64,000 bases of DNA from positions 25,233-89,232 of the forward strand of contig JAHJAA010000060.1 in the NCBI GenBank assembly GCA_018814305.1, in the 5' to 3' direction. The translations under genes and the position numbers were made by a program. Within the stretch, counting starts at the first letter, position 1. Every line of letters begins with the position of its first letter. Source of the stretch: Pseudomonadota bacterium (GTDB lineage Bacteria; Desulfobacterota; Desulfobulbia; Desulfobulbales; JAGXFP01). A model generated the notes under the pieces. The model was not told where the DNA came from. It did not search any database and worked only from the letters and a program-made list of their open reading frames with translations. Positions 31,259 to 41,708 of this stretch are shown piece by piece.

Positions 31259-32407
31259 ATGGGATCGTTCCCTTTCTTCTCAAATAAAAGAAGGCATTTT
31301 TCCCTGGTTACCGGCGGGGATGAAACCTTTCTCCTGGAAGTGATTCGGCACCCCGATCAATCACGACCGGGGGTTGAGGTATTGGCCGCCTCCCAAGGAT
31401 CTCCGGATAATGAGATAACCCTGCACCGTCTCCTCACCTCGGTCTCCGGGACAAAGAGAACCGTGTCCGTGGCACTCCCTTTAACCATGTTTGAAATGCT
31501 CACTGTTACCATTCCGAACATGCCGGAAGAGGCGGTGGGGCGAGCCCTGCCTTATCACCTGGCCAAGACCATCCAGAAACCGCTCCAGGATTTTATTTAC
31601 GATTGGCAGGTAACCGGTAGCCACAAGGACTCCATGGAAATTACTGCCTACCTCTACTCCAGAGCCGCCTTCACCACGCTCCACGACGAACTTGCCAAAA
31701 AAAACATTGAGATCATTTCACTGGAACCGGACATCTATTCAGCGGTTGCCTTTCTGGACGTTATCGGCCGTTTGCAGACGGATAAAACCTGTCTCTGCTC
31801 TTTGATCTGGCCGAATTCATGTTCCCACGCCATTTATGAAAAGGGCCGCCTCAAGCTGGTCAGGAATGTATTACTCCGTCAACCGGACACCCCTTTTTCC
31901 GACCAGATAGAGACAGATGAAAATGAAACGGCCACACCTGAGACGAACACGACTTTCCAGGTGGCAGAACCGCCAATCGACCAAAATGTCTCCCATCCAC
32001 CATCACTGAACAATCTTGCTCCCGATCCCGGACATTCGATTCTTGACGACTTTGCCCTTTCGATCAGTGAATCTCCTGCTGAACCGGTTTTGGAAGCAGA
32101 GAGTCCAAAAATAGAACCTGGGGAATCTCATCCTCAAAAAAAAGCGGGCTCGGGTCATACCGGCTGGCAGGACTACATCACCGGCCTGGGGTTGGAGATC
32201 ATCCGAACCAGGGATTATTACGCCTCAATCATGAAAGGATCCTCCATCGGCAACCTTTACGTCGGAGGCTGCAGCCCATTACTCCCGGAACTCACCACGG
32301 TGACCGCTTCGGCCATGTCCCTCTCACCCGAGGACCTTCTGGCAGAACCGTCATCCGGCTGCCCGGCGATCCTTGAGGCCATCGCCATCGGTACAGGGAT
32401 CAGATAA
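31259..32407 (+). CDS. PilM/MshI-like pilus assembly protein
   Basis: Divergent actin-like fold hints (EIIRTRDYY, LYVGG, AIAIG); position upstream of PilN/PilO. Confidence 0.6.
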   Translation: MGSFPFFSNKRRHFSLVTGGDETFLLEVIRHPDQSRPGVEVLAASQGSPDNEITLHRLLTSVSGTKRTVSVALPLTMFEMLTVTIPNMPEEAVGRALPYHLAKTIQKPLQDFIYDWQVTGSHKDSMEITAYLYSRAAFTTLHDELAKKNIEIISLEPDIYSAVAFLDVIGRLQTDKTCLCSLIWPNSCSHAIYEKGRLKLVRNVLLRQPDTPFSDQIETDENETATPETNTTFQVAEPPIDQNVSHPPSLNNLAPDPGHSILDDFALSISESPAEPVLEAESPKIEPGESHPQKKAGSGHTGWQDYITGLGLEIIRTRDYYASIMKGSSIGNLYVGGCSPLLPELTTVTASAMSLSPEDLLAEPSSGCPAILEAIAIGTGIR

Positions 32408-32408
32408 G

Positions 32409-33005
32409 ATGGCCCAATTCCAACGAATTAATCTGGTTCCCCGGAAACCTTTTTCCAATAAAGTTAGGAAGGTTACCCCCTTGATCCTGCTGATCCTCCT
32501 GGTTGCTCTCGCGGTGGGACTTTCCACTGAGCGGAAGCTGATCCAAGAAAGGATTACCTCCATCGACCTGGAGGTCGCCACAATCGACGCGAATCGTATC
32601 CAGAATTCGACCATCCTGGCCATGAAGCAAGCACTGGCCACCGAACTAGAGGACTTGGCCCGGCGGCGGCAGGACCTGGTCGAGTTGGTCGACAAAATTG
32701 AAGAGATCGGCCGCGGGAAACATCATTATTCGTTAATTATGAATGCAATTTCCGACAATCTACCCCCGACCGTTCGATGCAACAGGATCACCATTAACGG
32801 CTGGTCAGGGGTAATTGAAGGAACCGCAGTCGACTATCGGTCATTGCCCCTTATGGTCAATCAATTAAAAATGGAAAGTGGGTTCCGAGATGTTCAGCTC
32901 CAAAATGTGGAGAAAAACCAGGATACGGTGGGAGGTCAAGTCGGGTTTACCATTACTTTCGAGTTGGCCCAGGACTTTATCTCCGATCACCCACAGATCC
33001 AATGA
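32409..33005 (+). CDS. PilN-domain protein
   Basis: RINLVP motif, TM helix, coiled coil and LPPTV...IEGTA...F.DVQL. Confidence 0.8.
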   Translation: MAQFQRINLVPRKPFSNKVRKVTPLILLILLVALAVGLSTERKLIQERITSIDLEVATIDANRIQNSTILAMKQALATELEDLARRRQDLVELVDKIEEIGRGKHHYSLIMNAISDNLPPTVRCNRITINGWSGVIEGTAVDYRSLPLMVNQLKMESGFRDVQLQNVEKNQDTVGGQVGFTITFELAQDFISDHPQIQ

Positions 33006-33038
33006 AGAGCCAGAAGGAATGCGGCTGCTAAAACACCC

Positions 33039-33704
33039 ATGAACTTTGAAATCATCACCACCCTGACCAAACAGCTCCGGACCTTACGGTTCGCCCTGCG
33101 TAACGACCGGCAGGCCATGCTCCAGTTCCGTTTATTACTGATGGGACTGTTGACCTGTGTGGCCTTCTACTATGCCGGCTATACAATCCTGATTGAACCC
33201 GGTCAACATAAGCTATCCCAACGAAAAACCCAACTTCATGAATTGCAAAACCTCGGCATCCGTCCCACCTCCCCGGAAGAGGCCCTACACGTGAGCCAAA
33301 TGAAGAGCCGAAAGGAGAGGCTGGTTGAAGAAATCGCCGTTCTAACCTTCCGGAGGAAAATGCTGTTGGAACAGGGTCGATCCCAGGGGAACCCGGAAAG
33401 ATTCCAGAAGATCATCTTTACCATGAACGAAAACGCCCCGGTCGATATGGAAAATATTCTTTCCCGAATGAGTATCGCTGAAAAAAGATCGACAGACCTC
33501 TACCAGGAGTATCCAGCAAGCCTTGAGGGACAAGGGAAATATCATGATTTCATCAGTTACCTTCGTTATATTGAAAAAACCCCTGAAATCAGTGCGATTG
33601 ACAATCTTACCCTGGACAGAATAGAACCTGGACAGAATATTCATCCCGGAAGTGTTTCATTTTCGCTCAAAGTCAGTAGAATCTTGCTTCAGGAGACACC
33701 ATGA
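33039..33704 (+). CDS. PilO/MshJ-like protein
   Basis: TM helix, coiled coil and GKYHDFISYLRYIE motif. Confidence 0.75.
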   Translation: MNFEIITTLTKQLRTLRFALRNDRQAMLQFRLLLMGLLTCVAFYYAGYTILIEPGQHKLSQRKTQLHELQNLGIRPTSPEEALHVSQMKSRKERLVEEIAVLTFRRKMLLEQGRSQGNPERFQKIIFTMNENAPVDMENILSRMSIAEKRSTDLYQEYPASLEGQGKYHDFISYLRYIEKTPEISAIDNLTLDRIEPGQNIHPGSVSFSLKVSRILLQETP

Positions 33705-34189
33705 CCGGATCTCTTCAGGGACGACCAACCGTTTTGATTCTTCTTGTTTTACTCACCACCGGGATCATTACCTTGATGGGAAACCATCGGGAATCTTCGG
33801 CAGCCGATGCGCAACAGATGAAGATCCTTCGGAGCGCTCGACCGGACACCGAGCCAATCCGCCCGACCCAAACCGAGGAAACCGAAATCATGTCCCCCAG
33901 GGATCCCTTCAACTGGCCTCCCGATGAGATCGCCAGAAGGGAGCAGGGTTCCGCTGAATCGATCGAATCATTCTGGCAGACCTTTACCTTGAACGGCATC
34001 CTCTGGACCGAGCGACTGCCCGTTGCCGTAATCAATAACCGGGAGCTTCACCTGGGTGATTCCCTCAACGGCGCCGTCATTCAGGAAATCACCCCCGATA
34101 CGGTGATCTTGGCAACCCCAGGTTCGGTTAAGATCTTCCGGTTCCCGACACCAGCCCTTCAGTTAAACAATAGCCTTGAGGCAAAATGA
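33701..34189 (+). CDS. MshK/PilP-like protein
   Basis: RDPF motif, LNGILW...AVINN...LGDSL.GA.I.EI. Confidence 0.7.
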   Translation: MTGSLQGRPTVLILLVLLTTGIITLMGNHRESSAADAQQMKILRSARPDTEPIRPTQTEETEIMSPRDPFNWPPDEIARREQGSAESIESFWQTFTLNGILWTERLPVAVINNRELHLGDSLNGAVIQEITPDTVILATPGSVKIFRFPTPALQLNNSLEAK

Positions 34190-35541
34190 TGCTGATCCCC
34201 ACGAAGTCATTGCAATGGCCTCCCCTCAGGCCTTTAAAATTGATGGCCTTCATGCTGTTTTTTATGGGTTTGCTCTTTCCCCTCAGAGCCTCGGTGGTGG
34301 GGGCGGAGCTCCTTGATCATTTGAAAACAGAGCAGGCTTCGATCAAGGGTAAGGATCTGGATGTGGCAACGCTCCTGGCCGCCATTGGTCGACAGTCCGG
34401 GGTGAATATCTACATTGACGATACGATCAAAGATACCATCTCCATAAATATGGACGGCCTTTCCCTCTACGAACTCTTCCAGGTAATTCTGGATGTAAAA
34501 AAACTCCACGCCATGGAAAAAAACGGGTTCCTTTTTATCCAGCGAGAAGAAACCTATCGCAAGGAAAACAATGATCAGGTCAGCAGAAGAATCTGCAGCC
34601 GCTACGGCAACGTCGGCCTCTATCTGGATAAACTGAGACCCCTGCTCGGTCCCGGGGGAAGCATGACCGTTACCAACCGGGGTAATTGCCTCCTGGTCAC
34701 CGACCTCACCACCAAGATCAACACCATCGAAGAGGTCCTCTCAGAACTCGACCAACCTGCCCCCCAAGTCCACATTGAGGCCCGAATCGTCACCATCTCC
34801 CAGGAGGCGAAACGACGCCTCGGGATCAAATGGGGGTATGATAATCTTGATGCCCGTAATCCGATGAGCTCCAACGGTGATCTTTCAGCGTTGAACAGCA
34901 GTGCCAATCTTGCCATCGGCTTCATTCGCAATAACATGAACCTGTCGGTGGACCTCCAGGCCCTGCAACAGGATGACATGCTCAAAATTCTGTCCTCACC
35001 GCAGATTCTGGTGCTGGACGGTCAGCAGGCCGAGATCAAACAGGGTAAAGAAGTTCCCTATGTCACCCAGACCGCCGACACTATCAGCACTTCGTTCCGT
35101 GAAGCCAATCTAAGCCTCAAGGTTACCCCCCAGGTCATGCAGGATAACTATATCACCTTGAATGTGGTGGTAACCAATGACAGTGTCGACCAGAACTCAG
35201 TGAACGGTGGAGAGCCATTGATCAACAAGCAGTCCATAACCACCAGCCTCTTTCTGGAGGATAAAGTCACCGTGGTCATCGGTGGTATCCTTCTGGAAAC
35301 CGCCGACAACTCCGACGGCAGGGTGCCGATCATGTCCAATCTGCCTCTTCTGGGAGGGCTTTTCAAAAACACCGATCGCTCCAAGGGTCGCCAGGAGTTA
35401 CTGGTTTTCATTACTCCGAAGATCGTCCGCATGGATCCGGCCGGGATAGCAACTGAAAAAAACACTGCTGAGGCTGATCCATCAATTACCATTGCAGCGG
35501 ATCCTGTTCCCTTAAATCAAACAACAATCCGGGAACCATGA
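34186..35541 (+). CDS. Secretin (PilQ/MshL family)
   Basis: LDQPAPQVHIEARIV, LSSPQIL.LDGQ.A.IKQG, TVVIGG, VPIMSNLPLLGGLF and ELLVFITP. Confidence 0.92.
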   Translation: MMLIPTKSLQWPPLRPLKLMAFMLFFMGLLFPLRASVVGAELLDHLKTEQASIKGKDLDVATLLAAIGRQSGVNIYIDDTIKDTISINMDGLSLYELFQVILDVKKLHAMEKNGFLFIQREETYRKENNDQVSRRICSRYGNVGLYLDKLRPLLGPGGSMTVTNRGNCLLVTDLTTKINTIEEVLSELDQPAPQVHIEARIVTISQEAKRRLGIKWGYDNLDARNPMSSNGDLSALNSSANLAIGFIRNNMNLSVDLQALQQDDMLKILSSPQILVLDGQQAEIKQGKEVPYVTQTADTISTSFREANLSLKVTPQVMQDNYITLNVVVTNDSVDQNSVNGGEPLINKQSITTSLFLEDKVTVVIGGILLETADNSDGRVPIMSNLPLLGGLFKNTDRSKGRQELLVFITPKIVRMDPAGIATEKNTAEADPSITIAADPVPLNQTTIREP

Positions 35542-36476
35542 ACCATCTCGCCTTTTTCGCATTCTCGGATAATCCGTTTCGGATGACTCCGGACCGAGAT
35601 TTCTTCTACGCCTCGCGGAATCACAGTTCGCTGGCCGAAGCGATCAAGTTCGGCCTGGATCAAGGAGAAGGTTTTATCATTGCTTTAGGCGAGGTCGGGA
35701 CCGGTAAAACCCTGTTGCTCCGAATGATCATGACCGAGCTGGACGACCGTTATGCCACCTGCCTGCTGGTTTCACCCCAACTGACTCCAAGGCAATTACT
35801 GCTGGCGATCCTGGCCGACATAGCTTCAGAGGCTAAATCCCTGAACCGCATGAGTCTTGACGGGCTGCTCAGGGTCTTAAACGATGAACTTTTCAAACTG
35901 GCCAAGAAAAACAAACGACTGTTAATCATTATCGATGAGGCCCAGAATCTCCCTGATCAGAGCCTTGAACAGTTGCGACTGCTCTCCAATTTTGAATCGG
36001 ACAAACAGAAATGGCTGCAGATCCTCCTGGTGGGCCAGCCGGAGTTGAAAGACAAATTGCTCGGCAACCACCTCCGCCAGCTTTTACAACGGGTCTCCAT
36101 CATGGAAACGCTGCATCCCCTCTCGGAAAAGGAGGTCACGGCCTATGTCCATTTCCGGCTGAACCGAGCCGGGCGGGGTGATCTGCGTCTTGACCGCAAG
36201 AGTTGCCGGTTTCTCTGGCGCACAACCGGCGGCGTTCCCCGTCTGATCAATAAAATAATGGGCCGGGTCCTGCTCATTGCTTATGCCCGGCAACAGGGAA
36301 TTGACCATGGAGTTATTCGAGAAGCGGCTGCATCACTTCACCTTATCGGCCCCCCCTTGACTGCTCTCCGTCATGGAATATCCCGTTTGTTTTGGCCCCT
36401 TACCGCCGTTCTGATCCTCGCCATTGTTATTTTCTTTATTTCCAGTGTTCCCGAAACGGTGGCCCGTTTATGGTAA
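35538..36476 (+). CDS. ExeA/MshM-family AAA ATPase
   Basis: NPFRMTPD, GEVGTGKT, IIDEAQNL, LVGQPEL and TGGVPRLIN; C-terminal TM helix. Confidence 0.9.
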   Translation: MNHLAFFAFSDNPFRMTPDRDFFYASRNHSSLAEAIKFGLDQGEGFIIALGEVGTGKTLLLRMIMTELDDRYATCLLVSPQLTPRQLLLAILADIASEAKSLNRMSLDGLLRVLNDELFKLAKKNKRLLIIIDEAQNLPDQSLEQLRLLSNFESDKQKWLQILLVGQPELKDKLLGNHLRQLLQRVSIMETLHPLSEKEVTAYVHFRLNRAGRGDLRLDRKSCRFLWRTTGGVPRLINKIMGRVLLIAYARQQGIDHGVIREAAASLHLIGPPLTALRHGISRLFWPLTAVLILAIVIFFISSVPETVARLW

Positions 36477-38107
36477 ATCCAAAAACAAAAAAAATGTTCG
36501 GCGATATCCTGGTCGAAGGTGGCCTGATTACCCCCACCCAACTGCACCAGGCCCTGGCCTACGCCCGTGAGCGTGAAATCAAGCTGGGCATGGCCCTGCA
36601 GGAGCTGGGATTCGTCAATGAACTTGCGGTGGCGAAGACCCTGGCCACCCAGTTGGCCATGCCCTTTCTCGATCTTGAAAAAATCGTTATTGATGCCGAA
36701 ATAGTTATTCTCGTTCCGGAACTCACCGCCCGCAAGTACAAGGTCCTGGCCATCGGCCGTAAACCTGGGGAAATGCTGGTGGCCTTTGCCGATCCACTAA
36801 ATATCTTTGCCGTGGATGAAATAACCAGAATTCTCCAGAGCAAAGTGGTCATCTGTGTTGCCGTTGAATCCAGGATATCTGCGGCCATTGACAGAATCTA
36901 TACCTCCTCGGAACGTCAGGCCCCACTTGAAGGAAGCGCCGAAGAATCACTGGCCGTCTCAGCGGTAAACGACCTGCTCCTCCAGGCAGTTCGGCAAGAG
37001 GCCAGCGACATCCACCTGGAACCCACGGAACTAGGGCTACGGGCTCGTTTCCGGGTTGACGGGATCATGAGACTGATCAAGGAGTTCCCCCAAGATCTCC
37101 AACCAAGCATCGTCTCACGGATCAAGGTCATGTCCCAACTCGATATCGGCGAAAAACGTAAACCCCAGGATGGCCGTTTCGAGGCGCCGGTTTCAGGCAA
37201 GAGCTTTGATGTCAGAGTCTCAACCCTGCCCACCAATTACGGTGAAAAGATCGTCATGCGGCTCCTCGACAAGTCCAAAGTCAAGATCGAACTGACCGAA
37301 CTCGGCCTGACCCCGGAACAACAAACCATTTTTGAAAAGCACCTTGCCTATCCCCACGAAATCATCCTGGTCACCGGCCCGACCGGCAGCGGCAAAACCA
37401 CCACCCTCTATGCTGCCCTGAACCGAATCAACTCCATCCAGAAAAACATTATCACAGTGGAAGACCCTATTGAGTACGAGCTGGCCGGGGTCAACCAGGT
37501 CCAGGTAAATCCCAAGGCCCAGCTCTCTTTTGCCTCGGCCCTGCGCTCCATCCTCCGCCAGGATCCAGATATCATCATGATCGGTGAAATCCGCGATGTG
37601 GAAACCGCCGAAATTGCAATCCAGGCGGCCCTGACCGGCCATCTGGTTTTATCGACCCTGCATACCAACGATGCCTGTGGGGCCATCAGCCGTCTGATCG
37701 ATATGTCGATCCCGCCCTTTCTCATCGCCTCGGCCTTGGGAACGGTCATCGCCCAACGGCTGGTAAGGGTGCTTTGTACGGATTGCCGGGAGTCGTTTAA
37801 TCCACCGGCCAAAGTCCAGGAAGACCTGGGCTTGGAATATTCGGAACAACTGATCCTGCATCGGAGCAAGGGCTGTCCTAAATGTGACAACAGCGGTTAT
37901 AAAGGAAGGATCGCCATTTACGAAATCCTGCCAATCACCAATGCGATCCAGGCATTGATCATGGTCAAGGCCTCATCCCATGAGCTCTTCCGTCAAGCGA
38001 TTAAAGAAGGATTCACCTCACTGCATACTTCCGGGATCGAGAAACTATTGGCAGGGGTGACCTCCATCGATGAGGTGATGCGGGTTACCATGGACGCCAG
38101 GGAGTAA
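36470..38107 (+). CDS. Pilus assembly ATPase (MshE/PilB/GspE family) with MshEN-like N-terminus
   Basis: ASDIHLEP, GPTGSGKTT, LRQDPDIIMIGEIRD, TLHTND and Zn-binding CxxC...CxxC; start ATG 36470. Confidence 0.93.
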   Translation: MVNPKTKKMFGDILVEGGLITPTQLHQALAYAREREIKLGMALQELGFVNELAVAKTLATQLAMPFLDLEKIVIDAEIVILVPELTARKYKVLAIGRKPGEMLVAFADPLNIFAVDEITRILQSKVVICVAVESRISAAIDRIYTSSERQAPLEGSAEESLAVSAVNDLLLQAVRQEASDIHLEPTELGLRARFRVDGIMRLIKEFPQDLQPSIVSRIKVMSQLDIGEKRKPQDGRFEAPVSGKSFDVRVSTLPTNYGEKIVMRLLDKSKVKIELTELGLTPEQQTIFEKHLAYPHEIILVTGPTGSGKTTTLYAALNRINSIQKNIITVEDPIEYELAGVNQVQVNPKAQLSFASALRSILRQDPDIIMIGEIRDVETAEIAIQAALTGHLVLSTLHTNDACGAISRLIDMSIPPFLIASALGTVIAQRLVRVLCTDCRESFNPPAKVQEDLGLEYSEQLILHRSKGCPKCDNSGYKGRIAIYEILPITNAIQALIMVKASSHELFRQAIKEGFTSLHTSGIEKLLAGVTSIDEVMRVTMDARE

Positions 38108-38186
38108 AGGAATGTGTGGGGTGAGGAGTGAGGAGGAATAAGTTTCTTACAGATATTTTAACTGATTTTGGATGCGGGAGAAATGC

Positions 38187-39425
38187 ATGGCGGAATTCCG
38201 TTATGAGGCCATAGATCACAAAGGGAAAATCACCACCGGCCGATTCTGCGCTGAGTTGATTTCCGAAGTGGAGAGTTGGCTGACAGCCAAAGGCCTTTCC
38301 CCGTTGAATATCGAGGCGTCCACCGGTACCGACGACGTTGACACCGATAGAAACCAAAGCGGACCAACCATCATGGAGCGGGTCCGCGGGGTAACCCTTG
38401 ATGATCGGATCCTTCTTTGCCGCCAGGTGGCGACCATGCTTAAGGCCGGGGTCACCATCCTCCGGACCCTGCGCATTATGGCGGAACAGGTCAGCAATAC
38501 CGTTCTTCGTCAGATCCTCACCGAAACATCGGCTGCCATCGAGTCCGGCTCCGGCTTGAGTGACGCTCTGGCAAGCTATCCCGCGGTATTTAATCAACTC
38601 TTTATCAATGTCATCCAGGTCGGCGAGGAGTCAGGTTCGTTGGACCGATCTTTTGACTACCTGGCGACCCTCTTTGAAAACGAAAAGGACATCAAAGAAC
38701 GAATCAAGGCCGCGACCCGCTATCCCAAGATCGTGATCAGTGCAATATTTATTGCTATCTTCATCCTGATGTCCTTTGTGGTCCCCAAATTCGCCACGCT
38801 CTTTGCCAATGCCCGGGTGGAACTTCCCTTGCCCACCCGAGTTTTGATCAGTGTCAGCGGTTTCTTTTCCGCCTATTATCCGGCAATCCTCATCTTCCTG
38901 GCCGGCACCTACGGTCTCTATCGATTCGCCTTGAATTATGAAAGCTTTGTTCTGGTGAGGGACCGGCTTCTCCTGATTACCCCCGTTTTTGGAGACCTAT
39001 CGGTAAAAATATACATGTCCCGTTTCTGTCGGGTCTTCTCGGTACTGACCCTAAGCGGCATCAACATCATCCGGACCTTGCAGCTCTCCGCCACAGCCAT
39101 TGAAAACCTGATCATCCTTAACGCCCTCCATCAGGTCAGGGCCGATGTGGAAGAAGGCCTTGATATCCAGGCTGCCATGAATAAATTCGATTTATTTCCC
39201 CCCATGGTAGTCCAGATGGTTGCCGTGGGCGAGGAATCAGGTCAACTTGATTCGATGATGGCCAAGGTCGCCGATTATTTCGATGCTGAAACCAACTATA
39301 CCATCAAGAATATCTCCACCCTGATTGAACCTTTTCTGTTGCTCTTCCTCGGAATTATGGTGGCCTTCATCGCCCTCTCCATCTTCCTGCCGATGTGGAA
39401 CATCATGAACGTCATGCGTGGTTAA
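38187..39425 (+). CDS. Pilus platform protein (MshG/PilC/GspF family)
   Basis: RQVATMLKAG, GEESGSL, YPKIV, FVVPKF, LPLPT, GEESGQL and IEP...FLPMW. Confidence 0.93.
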   Translation: MAEFRYEAIDHKGKITTGRFCAELISEVESWLTAKGLSPLNIEASTGTDDVDTDRNQSGPTIMERVRGVTLDDRILLCRQVATMLKAGVTILRTLRIMAEQVSNTVLRQILTETSAAIESGSGLSDALASYPAVFNQLFINVIQVGEESGSLDRSFDYLATLFENEKDIKERIKAATRYPKIVISAIFIAIFILMSFVVPKFATLFANARVELPLPTRVLISVSGFFSAYYPAILIFLAGTYGLYRFALNYESFVLVRDRLLLITPVFGDLSVKIYMSRFCRVFSVLTLSGINIIRTLQLSATAIENLIILNALHQVRADVEEGLDIQAAMNKFDLFPPMVVQMVAVGEESGQLDSMMAKVADYFDAETNYTIKNISTLIEPFLLLFLGIMVAFIALSIFLPMWNIMNVMRG

Positions 39426-39529
39426 GGGGGGAGAGGGGCGCAGCTTTGCACGATCAGTCCGGCTCGCATAGAATTGCTATAGCTCGCAGGCCTGCTTGCA
39501 CAAATCTGCGCCCCTCTCCCCCCTTAACC
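39420..39529. repeat. 110-bp element with perfect 24-bp terminal inverted repeats (MITE/REP-like)
   Basis: GGTTAAGGGGGGAGAGGGGCGCAG (39420-39443) and its exact reverse complement (39506-39529). Confidence 0.8.
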
Positions 39530-39688
39530 TGAGCGATGGTGACCTTACGGCCGCGAAAGGAACTTAAAAAATAAGAATTTCATGTGATTCGGGTCGCCTG
39601 TGCTTTATTAACAGAACGGGGTGTGATACCTTGTTTCTTTGCTCTTTTACCTTCCGACTTCTGACTCATAATTCCTGACTCCTCACTT

Positions 39689-41572
39689 ATGATCCTGGCC
39701 GAACGAACCCTGCTTCGCAACCACCTTCCCCATCTGCTGGTTCTGCTCCTGCTTATTGGGATCATTTATATTCCCTCATTTGATGTGCCTTTTCTCTTTG
39801 ACGATTTCCCCAATATCGTTCTGAATCCTGCGGTGCACGCCGAAACTCTAAGCCAGTTAAGCAAATCATTTCATTCCGAGATTTCAGCCAGCCGCCCCCT
39901 GGCCATGCTCACCTTTGCGGTCAATCATCTTCTGGGCGGGTTAAACGAATTCGGATACCACCTCATCAACCTGCTGATTCATCTGATCAACGCCTGCCTG
40001 CTTTATTTTCTGCTACTCCAGATGCCGGGGCAGCAAGACTCTTTCGCCCCGAAAGCCGCTTTTCTGGCGGCATCACTTTGGGCGGTCAATCCGGTTCAGA
40101 CCCAGGCAGTCACCTATATCGTCCAACGGATGACCTCACTATCAACCATGTTCTATCTCTGTGGTCTGCTCAGCTATTGCTCCTATCGTCGTGGGGACCT
40201 CTCCGTTAAACCTGCCGCACTCTTGATCCTCGGCTCATTTCTTATCGGCCTTGGGTGTAAAGAAATCATCCTGACTCTGCCCCTTGCCCTCTTGCTCTTT
40301 GATTTTATTTTTTATCCGATTGAGCTCCGCCGAAACCGGTGGCTTATCCTCACCACCATCCTTCTTTCCGGTGCTCTTGCCCTAATCTACCTGCACGGTC
40401 ATCCAACGAATTGGTTTTCTCCCCTGCCCAATCGGAATTTCAGCGCCTGGGAACGGGTCATGACCCAATGGCGGGTCCTCTGGCATTACCTTGGCCTCTT
40501 TCTTCTGCCCATTCCAAGGCAACTCCACCTGACCTACAACATCTCCGTGTCCAAAGGACTCCTGAACCCAACTTCCACCCTGGTGGGGGGGCTGGCCATC
40601 TTGACCTCGGTCATTGGCGCATTTCACCTCAGGAAACGGTATCCCCTCATTTCCTGGAGCCTCCTGTTCTTTTTTCTGGCAATCGGTCCGGAATCCAGTT
40701 TTATCGGCCTGGAGATGGCCTTTATCCACCGGCTCTACCTCCCCACCCTCTTTCTGTGGTGGGCGGTCATTACGACCCTGCCGGTTAAAAGCAGGGCCGT
40801 GGTCTCACCTGTGCTGCTGATGCTCATAACCCTCCTTGCCTTCTGGACCATCGAGCGGAACAACGAATGGCAAAACCGGCAACGATTCTGGGAATCCAAT
40901 ATCAGCCGGGGCGCCGAGACCGCCCGGGCCAAAAACAATCTGGCAACCGCCTATATGGACGGCGGTCGTTTTGAAGAAGCCCTGGCTTTGCTTGATCAGG
41001 GGCTCGCCATGGACACTCCGCGGGAAGAAGATCGCCAACTCCTCCTCTATAATCGCGGATACAGCTTGTTCTATCTGAACCGTCACCCGGAGGCCCTGAC
41101 CACTTTCCAGAGAATCGCCCGAGAATACGGAGGGTTCCGTCATACTTACTTGTTCATTGGTTCGATCTTTCTCAAGGCTGGAGACTTGAAGCGGGTAAAC
41201 GTGTTAATCTCGGAAATCCGTCGGTACCCGGAAATCAGTTATCAGGGCGACATCCTCGAAGCTGAACTTCTCCAGGAAAAGGGACAATATGACGAAGCCT
41301 GGGTTCTGATCCATAATACCCTTGATCATTCAGGGACCCGAGCCATTTATATCCAACAGCGCCTCCAACTGGAGCTTGCCCAAATAGCAATGAAGCAGGG
41401 AAACTTCACCGAGGCCTATAAGATCTTCATCGCCATCACCGAACGTTATCCTGACAACTATTCCGCCTGGAAGATGATCTATCTGATGCTGGAATCGGCC
41501 GGAGATCACGATCATTCCGCCAAGGTTAAAAAATTTCTTGAGGCTAACGGCATAATGGTCGAAAAGCCGTGA
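39689..41572 (+). CDS. TMTC-like GT-C-fold membrane glycosyltransferase with C-terminal TPRs
   Basis: FLFDD (DD motif), RPL.MLTFA.N, YHL.NLLIH, NPVQTQAV.YIVQR, KE and RLYLP; ~11 hydrophobic segments followed by TPR repeats. Confidence 0.8.
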   Translation: MILAERTLLRNHLPHLLVLLLLIGIIYIPSFDVPFLFDDFPNIVLNPAVHAETLSQLSKSFHSEISASRPLAMLTFAVNHLLGGLNEFGYHLINLLIHLINACLLYFLLLQMPGQQDSFAPKAAFLAASLWAVNPVQTQAVTYIVQRMTSLSTMFYLCGLLSYCSYRRGDLSVKPAALLILGSFLIGLGCKEIILTLPLALLLFDFIFYPIELRRNRWLILTTILLSGALALIYLHGHPTNWFSPLPNRNFSAWERVMTQWRVLWHYLGLFLLPIPRQLHLTYNISVSKGLLNPTSTLVGGLAILTSVIGAFHLRKRYPLISWSLLFFFLAIGPESSFIGLEMAFIHRLYLPTLFLWWAVITTLPVKSRAVVSPVLLMLITLLAFWTIERNNEWQNRQRFWESNISRGAETARAKNNLATAYMDGGRFEEALALLDQGLAMDTPREEDRQLLLYNRGYSLFYLNRHPEALTTFQRIAREYGGFRHTYLFIGSIFLKAGDLKRVNVLISEIRRYPEISYQGDILEAELLQEKGQYDEAWVLIHNTLDHSGTRAIYIQQRLQLELAQIAMKQGNFTEAYKIFIAITERYPDNYSAWKMIYLMLESAGDHDHSAKVKKFLEANGIMVEKP

Positions 41573-41708
41573 GTAGCCAAGGATGTTGAAAACGACGATA
41601 ATATTTCCCAATAAACTTCCAACAAAAAGTTTTCATCACCGCTCAGTCTATGTTATTATTTTATGGTAATGCATTTTTGATATCTTTATTAATCTAGAGG
41701 AGGAATAT

